DNA of 63,645 nt, filler included, from Octopus bimaculoides (lineage: Eukaryota), in the NCBI RefSeq assembly GCF_001194135.2. It is 7 parts of 7 records of this genome, joined end to end, with 100 filler letters (N's around TTAATTAATTAA, not from the genome) between each part and the next. Parts side by side here need not be neighbours in the genome. Positions count along the whole stretch, not along the records: positions 49,943 to 57,523 come from NC_068999.1; positions 57,624 to 62,452 come from NC_068995.1; positions 62,553 to 63,645 come from NW_026396463.1; 4 more parts are not named here. The stretch is one strand, 5' to 3'. Below the pieces are notes generated by a model that made no database searches, was not told the origin of the DNA, and was given only the letters and a program-made list of their open reading frames with translations. The translations under genes and the position numbers were made by a program. Positions 53,458 through 63,645 of this stretch are shown piece after piece. Positions within the stretch are counted from its first letter, which is position 1, and every line of letters starts with the position of its first letter.

Positions 53458-55653
53458 CGTATGTATACATACATACATAAACACATACACACACGAATAC
53501 ATCACAGGTCTGTGTGCCGTGTTAGGTTGTGTGCGCTTTTCTGCGACACTCCACCTGCATCTAAAGAGGAGGACTGCTTCACCGACTTGGACCACCGACC
53601 ATCCCAGTGAACGCCAGCTCCTGGCCAGTTCCAAGCAATGGAGCATTTTGCGGGCGCCTGCCAGCGCGCTCTGGACCGGTTTAACTTTTCCAGGCGTCCC
53701 TGAAAGGATGAAAAGCAAAGTGAACCTCATCAATATATTTCTCACAAATTCTACAATACTTCTCAATGATTCTTTTGATCGCAAACTACTCTTCTTACAA
53801 CTTATGCTGCACACATCTTTCTTGTATTCATTACTTCCCCTACGCACAAATCCAGACCTCGTAACGTTTAGTGCATACAAATTTAAATACTTAAAACTTC
53901 CACGTAGACGATACAAAGAAAATAAGGACAGGTCATTCGGAGTTTTCTTTCCTCAGTCGAGATCCAGATTATCTTTGCAATATCGGCTGGTTATTCTTGA
54001 TATAGGCTCCAATATGTATGTGTGTGTGTGTGTGTGTATGTATATATATATATATATATATATATAATTATGAGGGCGCTGTATGTTTGTGTGTGTCTTT
54101 GTACAAATATGTGTATATTTGTTTGTGTATATCTATCTATATTTACGTATGTATATATTTACGTATGTATATGTGTGTGTGTGTGCGTGTGTATATGCTA
54201 TATGTATATGCGAGTGCATACGAATGCTTTTACTTCTGTAGTTTCCCTCTTACGTCCAAGTTTATGATTATTTTCTTTTAGGCGAAATGTAATAATTATT
54301 AATTGATATTCATAATCCACATTTCTCCTTCGAACATATTCTATCCCTTTCAAGAAAAATCAATTTATGAAAAGTAACCGATCAACACATCTACTTAGTA
54401 GATAGACATTTGTCATTTTGTTATTTACGGTAATGTGGATGGATAGAGTGCAGACGACAGCAGACAACGGCAGCAGACGATGGCAGACGATGTTTAACGA
54501 AGTTAGACGAGGTCATTCCCAGTAGTTCCTCATGCGTTGCTTCATTCGCTTATCAATTATTTTCATCATTAAGGGAAAGCGAAAATATTAGTTACGACGA
54601 CGACTAAGTAATGAATAGGAGAATGCGATGATGGTATATGTATATGTATGTGTGTGTATGTATATATATATACTTGTGTGCGTGTGTGTATGCATGTATA
54701 TATATATATATATATATATATNNNNNNNNNNNNNNNNNNNNNNNNNNNNNNNNNNNNNNNNNNNNNNNNNNNNNNNNNNNNNNNNNNNNNNNTATATATT
54801 CTATTTGTGTATATATACTATATATATGTATATACATACACAGAGAGAAAGAGAGGGAGTGATCTCAGAGTGAGAAAAAATTAAGAGAACTGAGAGTGGT
54901 GACGAGGGCATGGTAAGATGGTGATATGAAAGAGTGGGAGAGAGAGGGAGAAAGAGGAAGAGAGATTGAGAGAAGAAGAATTAAAGAGAGAAAGAGGCGG
55001 AGGGAGAAAGAGAGAGCGAGTGAGAGACGGAGAGAGAGAGAGAGGGAGAGAGAGAGAGAGAGAGAGATTGGGAGAAGAGCAAGTAAAGTGTGAGAGGAAG
55101 AAGATAGAGAGATTGAGAGAAGTACAAGGAACGAGAAAGAGAAGGCGAGAGAGAGAGAGATAATACAGGTTGAGTACTCGTCCGCAACAATAGCCTCTAG
55201 CTCTAAACAGATCATTGTGATATACGTTGTGTTTCAGCTACCAAACGTGTGCCTTAAATGAAAATCACAGAGCTGATATCCGAAAATACTGCTCGGTTTG
55301 TTTATTCGTTTCGTTTCGTTTTGTTTTGGGGGCGAAATTCTTCATTTTGTTTCTTTGTGAGTGTTTTTCATTTTGTTTGTTGTTTGTAACTTTTTAACAA
55401 AAACCACATAAAAAAAATCAATGAATATAACCAAAAAAAAGACAATTGGTATATATTAAGACAAGAATGTGAAACTTTATCAACATTCCAATATGACGCC
55501 TTCTAACATCACCACGAGCGCCACCATCGCCGCCATTGCTACCAATGAACATTCTTCTCCCTACTATGGCCAACAATAACATCACAGCCACCATTGCTGT
55601 CACTAATGCAAATTTTACCGCCGCCACCACCACCGCCACCAAAAAAGAAGTCG

Positions 55654-57060
55654 GTACTCCGTCGATTACGACGATGAACATTCTAGTTGATCCGATGAAG
55701 AGAACACCCTCCTCGTGAAATTAACGTGCAAGTGGCTGAGCGCTCCACAGACACGTAGTTCTCAGGGAGATCCAGTTTGACGCAGAATGGAACAAAGTTG
55801 ACCCCTTTCTTAAACATGCTACGTTAACCATAAATGGCACTCCGCCCGTTTCGATGAAGAGTGTTCCAGTTGATCCGACAAAGAGAACAGCCCGCTCGTG
55901 AAGTTAACNNNNNNNNNNNNNNNNNNNNNNNNNNNNNNNNNNNNNNNNNNNNNNNNNNNNNNNNNNNNNNNNNNNNNNNNNNNNNNNNNNNNNNNNNNNN
56001 NNNNNNNNNNNNNNNNNNNNNNNNNNNNNNNNNNNNNNNNNNNNNNNNNNNNNNNNNNNNNNNNNNNNNNNNNNNNNNNNNNNNNNNNNNNNNNNNNNNN
56101 NNNNNNNNNNNNNNNNNNNNNNNNNNNNNNNNNNNNNNNNNNNNNNNNNNNNNNNNNNNNNNNNNNNNNNNNNNNNNNNNNNNNNNNNNNNNNNNNNNNN
56201 NNNNNNNNNNNNNNNNNNNNNNNNNNNNNNNNNNNNNNNNNNNNNNNNNNNNNNNNNNNNNNNNNNNNNNNNNNNNNNNNNNNNNNNNNNNNNNNNNNNN
56301 NNNNNNNNNNNNNNNNNNNNNNNNNNNNNNNNNNNNNNNNNNNNNNNNNNNNNNNNNNNNNNNNNNNNNNNNNNNNNNNNNNNNNNNNNNNNNNNNNNNN
56401 NNNNNNNNNNNNNNNNNNNNNNNNNNNNNNNNNNNNNNNNNNNNNNNNNNNNNNNNNNNNNNNNNNNNNNNNNNNNNNNNNNNNNNNNNNNNNNNNNNNN
56501 NNNNNNNNNNNNNNNNNNNNNNNNNNNNNNNNNNNNNNNNNNNNCTCGTGAAATTAACGTGCAAGTGGCTGAGCGCTCCACAGACACGTAGTTCTCAGGG
56601 AGATCCAGTTTGACGCAGAATGGAACAAAGTTGACCCCTTTCTTAAACATGCTACGTTAACCATAAATGGCACTCCGCCCGTTTCGATGAAGAGTGTTCC
56701 AGTTGATCCGACAAAGAGAACAGCCCGCTCGTGAAGTTAACGTGCCAGTGGCTGAGGACTCCACAGACACAAGTACCCTTATCGTAGTTCTCAGGGAGAT
56801 CCAGTTTGACGCAGAATGGAACAAAGTTGACCCCTTTCTTAAACATGCTACGTTAACCATAAATGGCACTCCGCCCGTTTCGATGAAGAGTGTTCCAGTT
56901 GATCCGACAAAGAGAACAGCCCGCTCGTGAAGTTAATGTGCCAGTGGCTGAGGACTCCACAGACACATGTACCCTTATCGTAGTTCTCAGGGAGATCCAG
57001 TTTGACGCAGAATGGAACAAAGTTGACCCCTTTCTTAAACATGCTACGTTAACCATAAAT
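55654..57060 (-). repeat. Tandem array of S1/S2-tail-derived units (196-bp and 183-bp variants)
   Basis: CTCGTGAA anchors at 55712, 55895, 56545, 56728, 56924, 57120; each unit is about 166 bp of SINE tail plus about 30 bp of non-SINE spacer; 636-N gap at 55909-56544. Confidence 0.93.
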
Positions 57061-57384
57061 GGCACTCCGCCCGTTTCGATGAAGAGTGTTCCAGTTGATC
57101 CGACAAAGAGAACAGCCCGCTCGTGAAGTTAATGTGCCAGTGGCTGAGTACTCCACAGCCACAAGTACCTTTATCGTAGTTCTCAGTTAGATTCAGCGTG
57201 ACAATGAATGGAACAAGGCTGGCCCTTTGAAATATAGGTACGACTCATTTTTGCCATCTGAGTTGCCTGGAGCAACGGGAAATAAAGTGTCTTGCTCAAG
57301 CGCACAACGCGCTGCCTGGAATCGATCTCACGACCTTACGATCGTTGAACCGAATACCCAAACCACCCAACCGCGCGCCTTCAC
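57061..57384 (-). mobile_element. SINE family S2, full-length, heading the tandem array
   Basis: Minus strand GTGAAGGCGCGCGGTTGGGTGG...TGTGCGCTTGAGCAAGACACTT...GGAGTGCC. Confidence 0.9.
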
Positions 57385-57819
57385 TTCCACAAATAATAAC
57401 AATAATACTGCAAAGCATACAATAACAACAACACCACTACGGTTACCACTACCCAGACAGACGACAACGAGACTACCTTCACTACCGCCACCACCACCAC
57501 CACCACCACCACCACCACCACCANNNNNNNNNNNNNNNNNNNNNNNNNNNNNNNNNNNNNNNNNNNNTTAATTAATTAANNNNNNNNNNNNNNNNNNNNN
57601 NNNNNNNNNNNNNNNNNNNNNNNAACAAATTTTATATACATCGATGTGTTCGTATTGAATTAACATTTGGCAAAATGAAGTGAAGAAAACAATATCAATC
57701 ATGTGTTGTCTGTTTTTATTGATGTATTTCTGAAGGCGTTCTTGGAAGTTGCCCCCCCCCTACCACCACCACCACCACTCTCTCCAGTATTGCTTTGTAT
57801 ATATTCCCGTAGTTTCAAC

Positions 57820-57990
57820 TGTAGCCCAATGACCAGTTTGTACGGGGGGAAATGCAGGTCTTCTTGCAAAATACGCCTTACAGAACGATTCGGAGAGCGA
57901 TTCGGACTCTGCATGAAAGCTTGCCTGACATGTAGCTGTCGTAGGTAAACACGCGATGCTCTCTCATCCACAGCACCATGGGCTTCACCT
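57820..57990 (-). mobile_element. Tc1/mariner transposase relic
   Basis: VRQAFMQSPNRS...SVRRILQEDLHFPPYKL matches the SPxRS...VxRIL..DL.F.PYK region of Tc1/mariner transposases. Confidence 0.7.
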
Positions 57991-59586
57991 GAAAAAGAAA
58001 TGCTAAGACACCACGGACCGAATGGTAACTTTCCGACATATGTCGCCACACGTGAGGCTGAGTAATAGCCACTTCAAAATCGTCTGTCCTCTCTGCCCTA
58101 CCTTTATATCTTGGTGTGTGTGTGTGTGTATGCGTGTGTGTGTTTGTGTGTGTGTGTGTGCGCGTGCGTGCGTACGTGTGTGTCTTTGTCAATTTATCTC
58201 TAGCTGCTATTTAGTACCATACATGTATGTATACATGCATATATATATACTTACATACACACATATGTGTAAACATAAATGTGTGTAAGTGTGTGCTTGC
58301 ATGATAGTCTTGTAGAATGTTTAATGTGAATATTGTGTGTTTGAGAATGTATCAATATGATTGCTTTAAATTTAATATACACACAATTAGTATAACACTT
58401 AACAATATAGCATTGCACTTGCGGCTGCTCTGAAATAAATGAAATATTCATATTTTATGAACAGTGAAAATAATGAAGATGCCGCTTAGTGTAGTAATTT
58501 CTAAAATTAATTGCTTGTTTAAGTAGCACAACAACAGATAATTATTACCTTTGTGTTATTAAAATTTACTTATGCCACACTTATTCAAGGGTAGTTTAAA
58601 ACCTATTTAGCAAGGTAGCAATTTAGCTATGTAAATCGCCCTAAATTAATCAGCAAATATCTAGTATTGAACTATTTAAATACTCATAAATAAACACAGA
58701 CAGACAGCTTCACTCACGCACAATACAGCCACACTTGTATATAGGCAATTAACTGCGCATAGAGCTCTAGTTTTCAAGGGTTGATGTCCTCCGTGAATTT
58801 TAAACCAGTATGTGCAGACTTTTCGCAGACGTGGGCCGCAGGGGTTATGGATTACCATAAGGTAGGCCGCACTTCTTAAAGAATTTAATGTTATTTTTCG
58901 TTGGCGTGCTGTTCAGAAAGTCATGAGGGCTGCAGTTTGTCCATGACTGGTTTAGATGCAACTACTTCTTTGTCTATTTAGTAATTAGTGGCTATCGCTT
59001 TGATTTGTTTAGTATAGCGAGTTGTAACTATTGCTTGCCTTAACTGAACACAAGAAAAAACATTAAAAGAACCTGTTGAGAAATATTTGAATGTATATGG
59101 TCATNNNNNNNNNNNNNNNNNNNNNNNNNNNNNNNNNNNNNNNNNNNNNNNNNNNNNNNNNNNNNNNNNNNNNNNNNNNNNNNNNNNNNNNNNNNNNNNN
59201 NNNNNNNNNNNNNNNNNNNNNNNNNNNNNNNNNNNNNNNNNNNNNNNNNNNNTAGATTAGATAGTTGATAAAAAGACAAATAAATTAGAAATGAACCATA
59301 GTCCTTTACCAGCTACGACCCCAGTGGGCTTCATGCCATTCTTGGAAGTGTAGTGTGTAGTCTATTCTTAGCTACTATAGCGACAACATGAATTTCTTCC
59401 ATATTTTTGCTCTGTTTAAAGTATCTGTGAAATATTATATCAATGTGTCCAACTGGTTAAAATCTTATTTATTTGTGCAGCTGATGATGGCACTGCATTT
59501 AAATTGATGTCGTACTGCATCATGTATTGATATTCAGTTGCTTATTATGATTTCCATCCGTCTTCCCTTCTTTTGCACTTTCATCT

Positions 59587-59621
59587 ATTTCTGAAGAAGT
59601 GCTTTGCTCGAAACGTTAAAT
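59587..59621 (+). ncRNA. Minimal type I hammerhead ribozyme motif (Penelope-like pseudo-LTR relic, about 59580-59710)
   Basis: ATTT-CTGAAGA-A-GTGC TTT GCTC-GAAAC-GTT-AAAT: intact core, stem I ATTT/AAAT, stem II with one U.U mismatch, loopless palindromic stem III (AACGTT). Confidence 0.7.
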
Positions 59622-60899
59622 CCTCTTTCTTTCCTTTCCTGAGCGTCTGATAATACATTACTTGTACAACGTCCTCGCGTTGTTGCTTTTCATGTTTCTT
59701 CTTCTTTGCTAGGATTCACTATACATATTATTACAAATTTGGGATTTTGCGAATAGAACCCCAACTCCTATTTCAGAATGACTTTATTGTATGAAATACA
59801 GATAGAAAGTTATATCCAAAAAAATAATATAAGCATTAAAAACAACTATTATAAAATACAATAAAATTATTTGAAAATATATATAACTTACTTGTAATTA
59901 GTCTGTGGGGAAAGAAGGTATTTCTAATCAATGCTACACGTGTTTCTGCGCTGCTGGAATGTTTATCAAGGCTATACCAAATACATAAATCCACCAGTGC
60001 GTCCTCAGGCTATTTATCTTATTGTCATTATTAACGGGTCAAAGTAAAATTAACTATTTGAAGTTATCTCAAATAGAAACATAAGAATATGAATAAAAAT
60101 ATAATAAAAATATATAAATTACAAATATATTTTTGAAAATTTAAAAAGTTAAACACCTAAATTACAAAACCGACATATATAGAAAACGCTAAACCTAAGG
60201 CAATCCTCAACACATCATTATATATTATAAACACATCAACTCCTACAACATATCTATATAAACATTACGGGAATTAATAATTTAGTGAAAGATTTACACC
60301 TATCTATACAAGTATAAATTACCATTTTTTATGTCAAACGTAAGTTAATAGTTTTTAAAAACATTATGTAGTAAAAACCACTATATACGTTATAAATTTA
60401 TTGAATAAAACTAGTAAAAAATCTAGTAAAATTAACAAGGGAAGAATACTTATCGACATAATGTTTACTACTTCTCGTTCCTTCGTAAATGGCTGCTCAC
60501 TCAGCGAATCTTACTGACCCCACCCTACCGCCGACAGATGTTTCTCGATACAGCGGTTATAGTGTGAAAAATGGACAACGATTCGTGGGAAATTATGGAA
60601 GTTGAAGCGATTCAATGACATTACCGATAATTTCCGGAAACCTCTTGTCTGCTGGTGTGTCCAGAGGCATTGCCGATTTAGAATATTCTCTACGACGATG
60701 GTATTGCTTCAGACAATGTTGACGAGGACGTCCTGGGGTACCGATTGTGCAGAAGTGTCACAATTCCTCGCACATCAAATGGGCCAACAACCAAGGGAAA
60801 GGAGAGATACAGGAGTGGTGATATGAAACGCCACCACCTTGAGGAAATCAGAAAATCAGTCAATGAAGAAAGAAAAACATATGCTGTACAGTATTGATT

Positions 60900-60972
60900 C
60901 TACTTCGCGGATTTTCGCATATCGCGGGGTTTGGAACGTAAAACACGCGATAGTTGAGAGTTTACTCTGTGT
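60900..60972 (+). mobile_element. pogo/Tigger-like right-end fragment
   Basis: CTTCGCGGATTTTCGCATATCGCGGGG...CGCGATA...GAG..TACTCTG resembles Tigger subterminal and terminal motifs. Confidence 0.5.
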
Positions 60973-61148
60973 ATGTATATATATATATATATAAATATTC
61001 TATAATTATAATTACAGAATATTTGTTTAATTTTACCTATAGAGGTTATTTTAACGTACCGATCTACTTGGTAAAATTATTAATTAATTGATTGATTAAT
61101 TAACTAATTTAATTAATTAATTTTACCCTTTTATTATTAATTTGAAAT

Positions 61149-61191
<43 letters not shown>

Positions 61192-62109
61192 CCGTTTATT
61201 TGGACATCACCTGTATGTTATTGAAGTTAACTGTGATACTTCCATCTGTTGATATTACTTCTATGTATCGGTAACTGTTTGCGTAAGTGCCTATCTGCAT
61301 TTTTGTGCGATTATATATATTTTTTTAATATTTAATTGAACGCCACGCATCAATTTCCAAGTAAGTTTATATATATATACATACAAATATCTCTTCGATT
61401 TGTGACACATCAGTTAGCGAGACAAATCGTTGGCAGGAAATTTATTTAAGTAGAGTTTAATACTTGTCTGGTTAAATACTGTCTTCTATTTAGGCAATTT
61501 GTTTCAGCTTTGTGTAATGAGACTTAAGTGATGCATGAAGATAGCTAGATGATAATTGGTAAGGTTCTTGCATCAGCGTTAGATGGTTGTTATAGGAGAC
61601 GAATTAATGACCCAATTGGAAAATATCTACTTTGGAAAACTACAACACCAGCTTCAGGCAATGATAAATATATCCGTGAATTTGTAGCAAATGAAAGCGT
61701 TATTAATTAATTTGGCAAATACTGGGATATGGAAGGCAGTAAAAAGACATTAGAAGTTATTAGAGAGCATTTCATTTAATTTTGAGTTTTGTAAATAAAC
61801 GTTTATATCAATTCTATGACTATAACTGAATATATCCAAAGCGGTTAGTGGAGATATAACCAAATATTTTAGAGCATTCAGATGTTATAAATGGGTAATT
61901 TTTCGAGGAGAGATTGTAAGATGAATTAATATAATTAGAGATGTAGATGAATAAGGCTGGTGTTAATTGGGAGCGTTGAGTGAAACTGTAATTGCGCAAA
62001 GGTGTTAGATACATAGAAAAAATAAGTTAAATTCATGTGACATATATTGGCAAAGGAAAATTAACAAAATTAAATATGAAGATGTAATTTGAAGGTGCTT
62101 GTGTTTGTG

Positions 62110-62152
<43 letters not shown>

Positions 62153-62552
62153 GCATTCACTAGGAGGATATTTAGACCTCTTATAGGGGTAGTTTATCCA
62201 AGATAGCCTAGTTTAATAGATTATAATTTAAAGAGATATTTCTTAAATAAATATATTATTAAAAAAAATATTACTAGCAAGTTCGAAAATGGAACGATCC
62301 AATGGATATAAATTAATTTATTTATTAATTAACATTGCATATAAATTGTTTTGCTCCACACCTAATTTAAATTACAACACATATATAATAATATAAGTTT
62401 GCACTTTAAGTATCATGGGTGGAAGATCTTCGGGGCAAAATGGACATTACAGNNNNNNNNNNNNNNNNNNNNNNNNNNNNNNNNNNNNNNNNNNNNTTAA
62501 TTAATTAANNNNNNNNNNNNNNNNNNNNNNNNNNNNNNNNNNNNNNNNNNNN

Positions 62553-62920
62553 TGTACGATACACAACTGTCCTCAGAATTTTGTCTTCCTTAGTCTCTTT
62601 TGTGGGGACAATTTGTATGAGTCTCCGTCTACTTGTATCAAATTCCTGCTTCTGGTCATCTCCTCCATATCCAACTTGATTAACTTGGTTTCTATTGGCT
62701 CTGACTTCCTCGCCGCAGTGGCCTTGGCGTAGCTCTCCATACTGGAGACACTACCACTTGCCATAGCTGGGAAAAATTGCAGCGGCTCGCGTGAAACGTA
62801 ACCGTAATAATACCACAAAAAATCACAATTATTTACAGAGACAACTTACAGTAATTCACACAGTTTTCACAGAGTAACACAGCAGTATTCACAATAATTC
62901 ACAGAGCCATTATACCGCGA
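62553..62920 (-). mobile_element. Probable 5' UTR and ORF1 N-terminus of a non-LTR retrotransposon (1-nt frameshift, cut by linker gap)
   Basis: From ATG 62764: MASGSVSSMESYAKATAARKSEPIETKLIKLDMEEMT...GDSYK; an alternate frame continues VPTKETKEDKILRTVVYRT to the gap. The SYA..A motif is common near LINE ORF1 N-termini. Confidence 0.5.
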
Positions 62921-63645
62921 AGCAGTTCGACCTGCGTGCTAACGTTTCTGCCAGATCACCGCCTTATATAAATTACAATATTGTAGAAATAAAGTATAAG
63001 TAAAACGTGCGTCTTTAGGCGTTGTTTAAATTATAGAACGATCGACACTTCGCCCTTCCGTGGTTTATTTGGTTTGAAATGACTAAAGCATCTAGGCTAG
63101 TGACGTTATATTTGTTAATCATTTAATTTGTTTTTCTGTTAAAAAACAGCAAAAAAAACAAAAAAAGTAACCCTAGATTACAGGCCGACGAATTATTGCA
63201 GTATGGTTAAATGTAGTGTATTGATATTAAAGTTTAAGATTCGATAAAATGATTGCCAGGTGAGCATTAGGATCGATGTAATCGACAGCCCCTGGCGCCC
63301 AAAATTTCAGGCCTTGCGAAAGTATATTAAAGTTTAACGTTTAAATTTAAAGCCGATGAAGTTTGAATCTGAAGTTAAAGAAAAATTGGGTTATGGTTAG
63401 GGTTGAAACCCCGAAGTAGTGCTTTGGTTGAATGAATAATATTATGGTGTATATACAAGGTATCTTATAATGACGGAATATATTTTAAACGCAAATAACT
63501 AGGATTGGAGAAAGCACATTTATTAAGCTAAGTGTATAACCAAAGTAAAAATATAGTGTATCCCTCTATATTTTCGAAATGATAAATAATATAAAATTAA
63601 ATTGAGTGTTGTATGTTTAAATAATGTTGTTAGCACTCCGTCGCT

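Noticed and set aside
56750-56760. CTGAGGA in the 196-bp satellite unit, suggesting a retrozyme
   Set aside because: It is a point variant of the SINE sequence CTGAGCA; there is no stem II followed by GAAA, and it is absent from other units.
55654-57384. CRISPR-like or other prokaryotic array interpretation of the tandem repeats
   Set aside because: Units are long, spacers are identical rather than unique, the sequence is SINE-derived, and there are no cas-like ORFs.
59475-59500. Other CTGATGA words (59481; minus strand 23274 and 42694) and GAAACAGCTGTA (minus, 28805) or GAAACATCGTT (minus, 8750)
   Set aside because: Only one half of the hammerhead core is present at each site.
61508-61558. 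51-nt segment with good acceptor (TTTCAG) and donor (GTAAGG)
   Set aside because: Stops in all three frames and no supporting context; such site pairs occur by chance.

Overview
Eukaryotic, AT-rich, very repeat-dense scaffold window with about 11 kb of N gaps. The SINE families, their modular structure and the microsatellite load point to an octopus or other cephalopod draft assembly; this is an inference from repeat content. I could not support any host protein-coding exon, rRNA, genuine tRNA gene or CRISPR array, and nearly all listed ORFs are translated microsatellites or gaps. What can be supported: four abundant tRNA-derived SINE families (named S1-S4 here), decayed non-LTR retrotransposons (two R4/Dong-like RT-RLE fragments, an RTE 3' end, a probable LINE ORF1 5' end), a Helitron PIF1-helicase 3' fragment with hairpin+CTAG end, several mariner/Tc1/pogo relics, hAT-type and Tc1-type MITEs, and assembly artefacts (TTAATTAATTAA linkers, duplicated contig ends). 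Best second-look items: three Penelope-type minimal hammerhead relics (59.6, 17.6, 25.1 kb); a nascent 196-bp satellite built from chimeric SINE tails (55.65-57.38 kb); a SINE family carrying a hypervariable internal microsatellite; a dimeric SINE with the same junction at two loci; and a perfect 18-bp hairpin at 40.2 kb. I found no convincing evidence for a wholly new multi-gene system.
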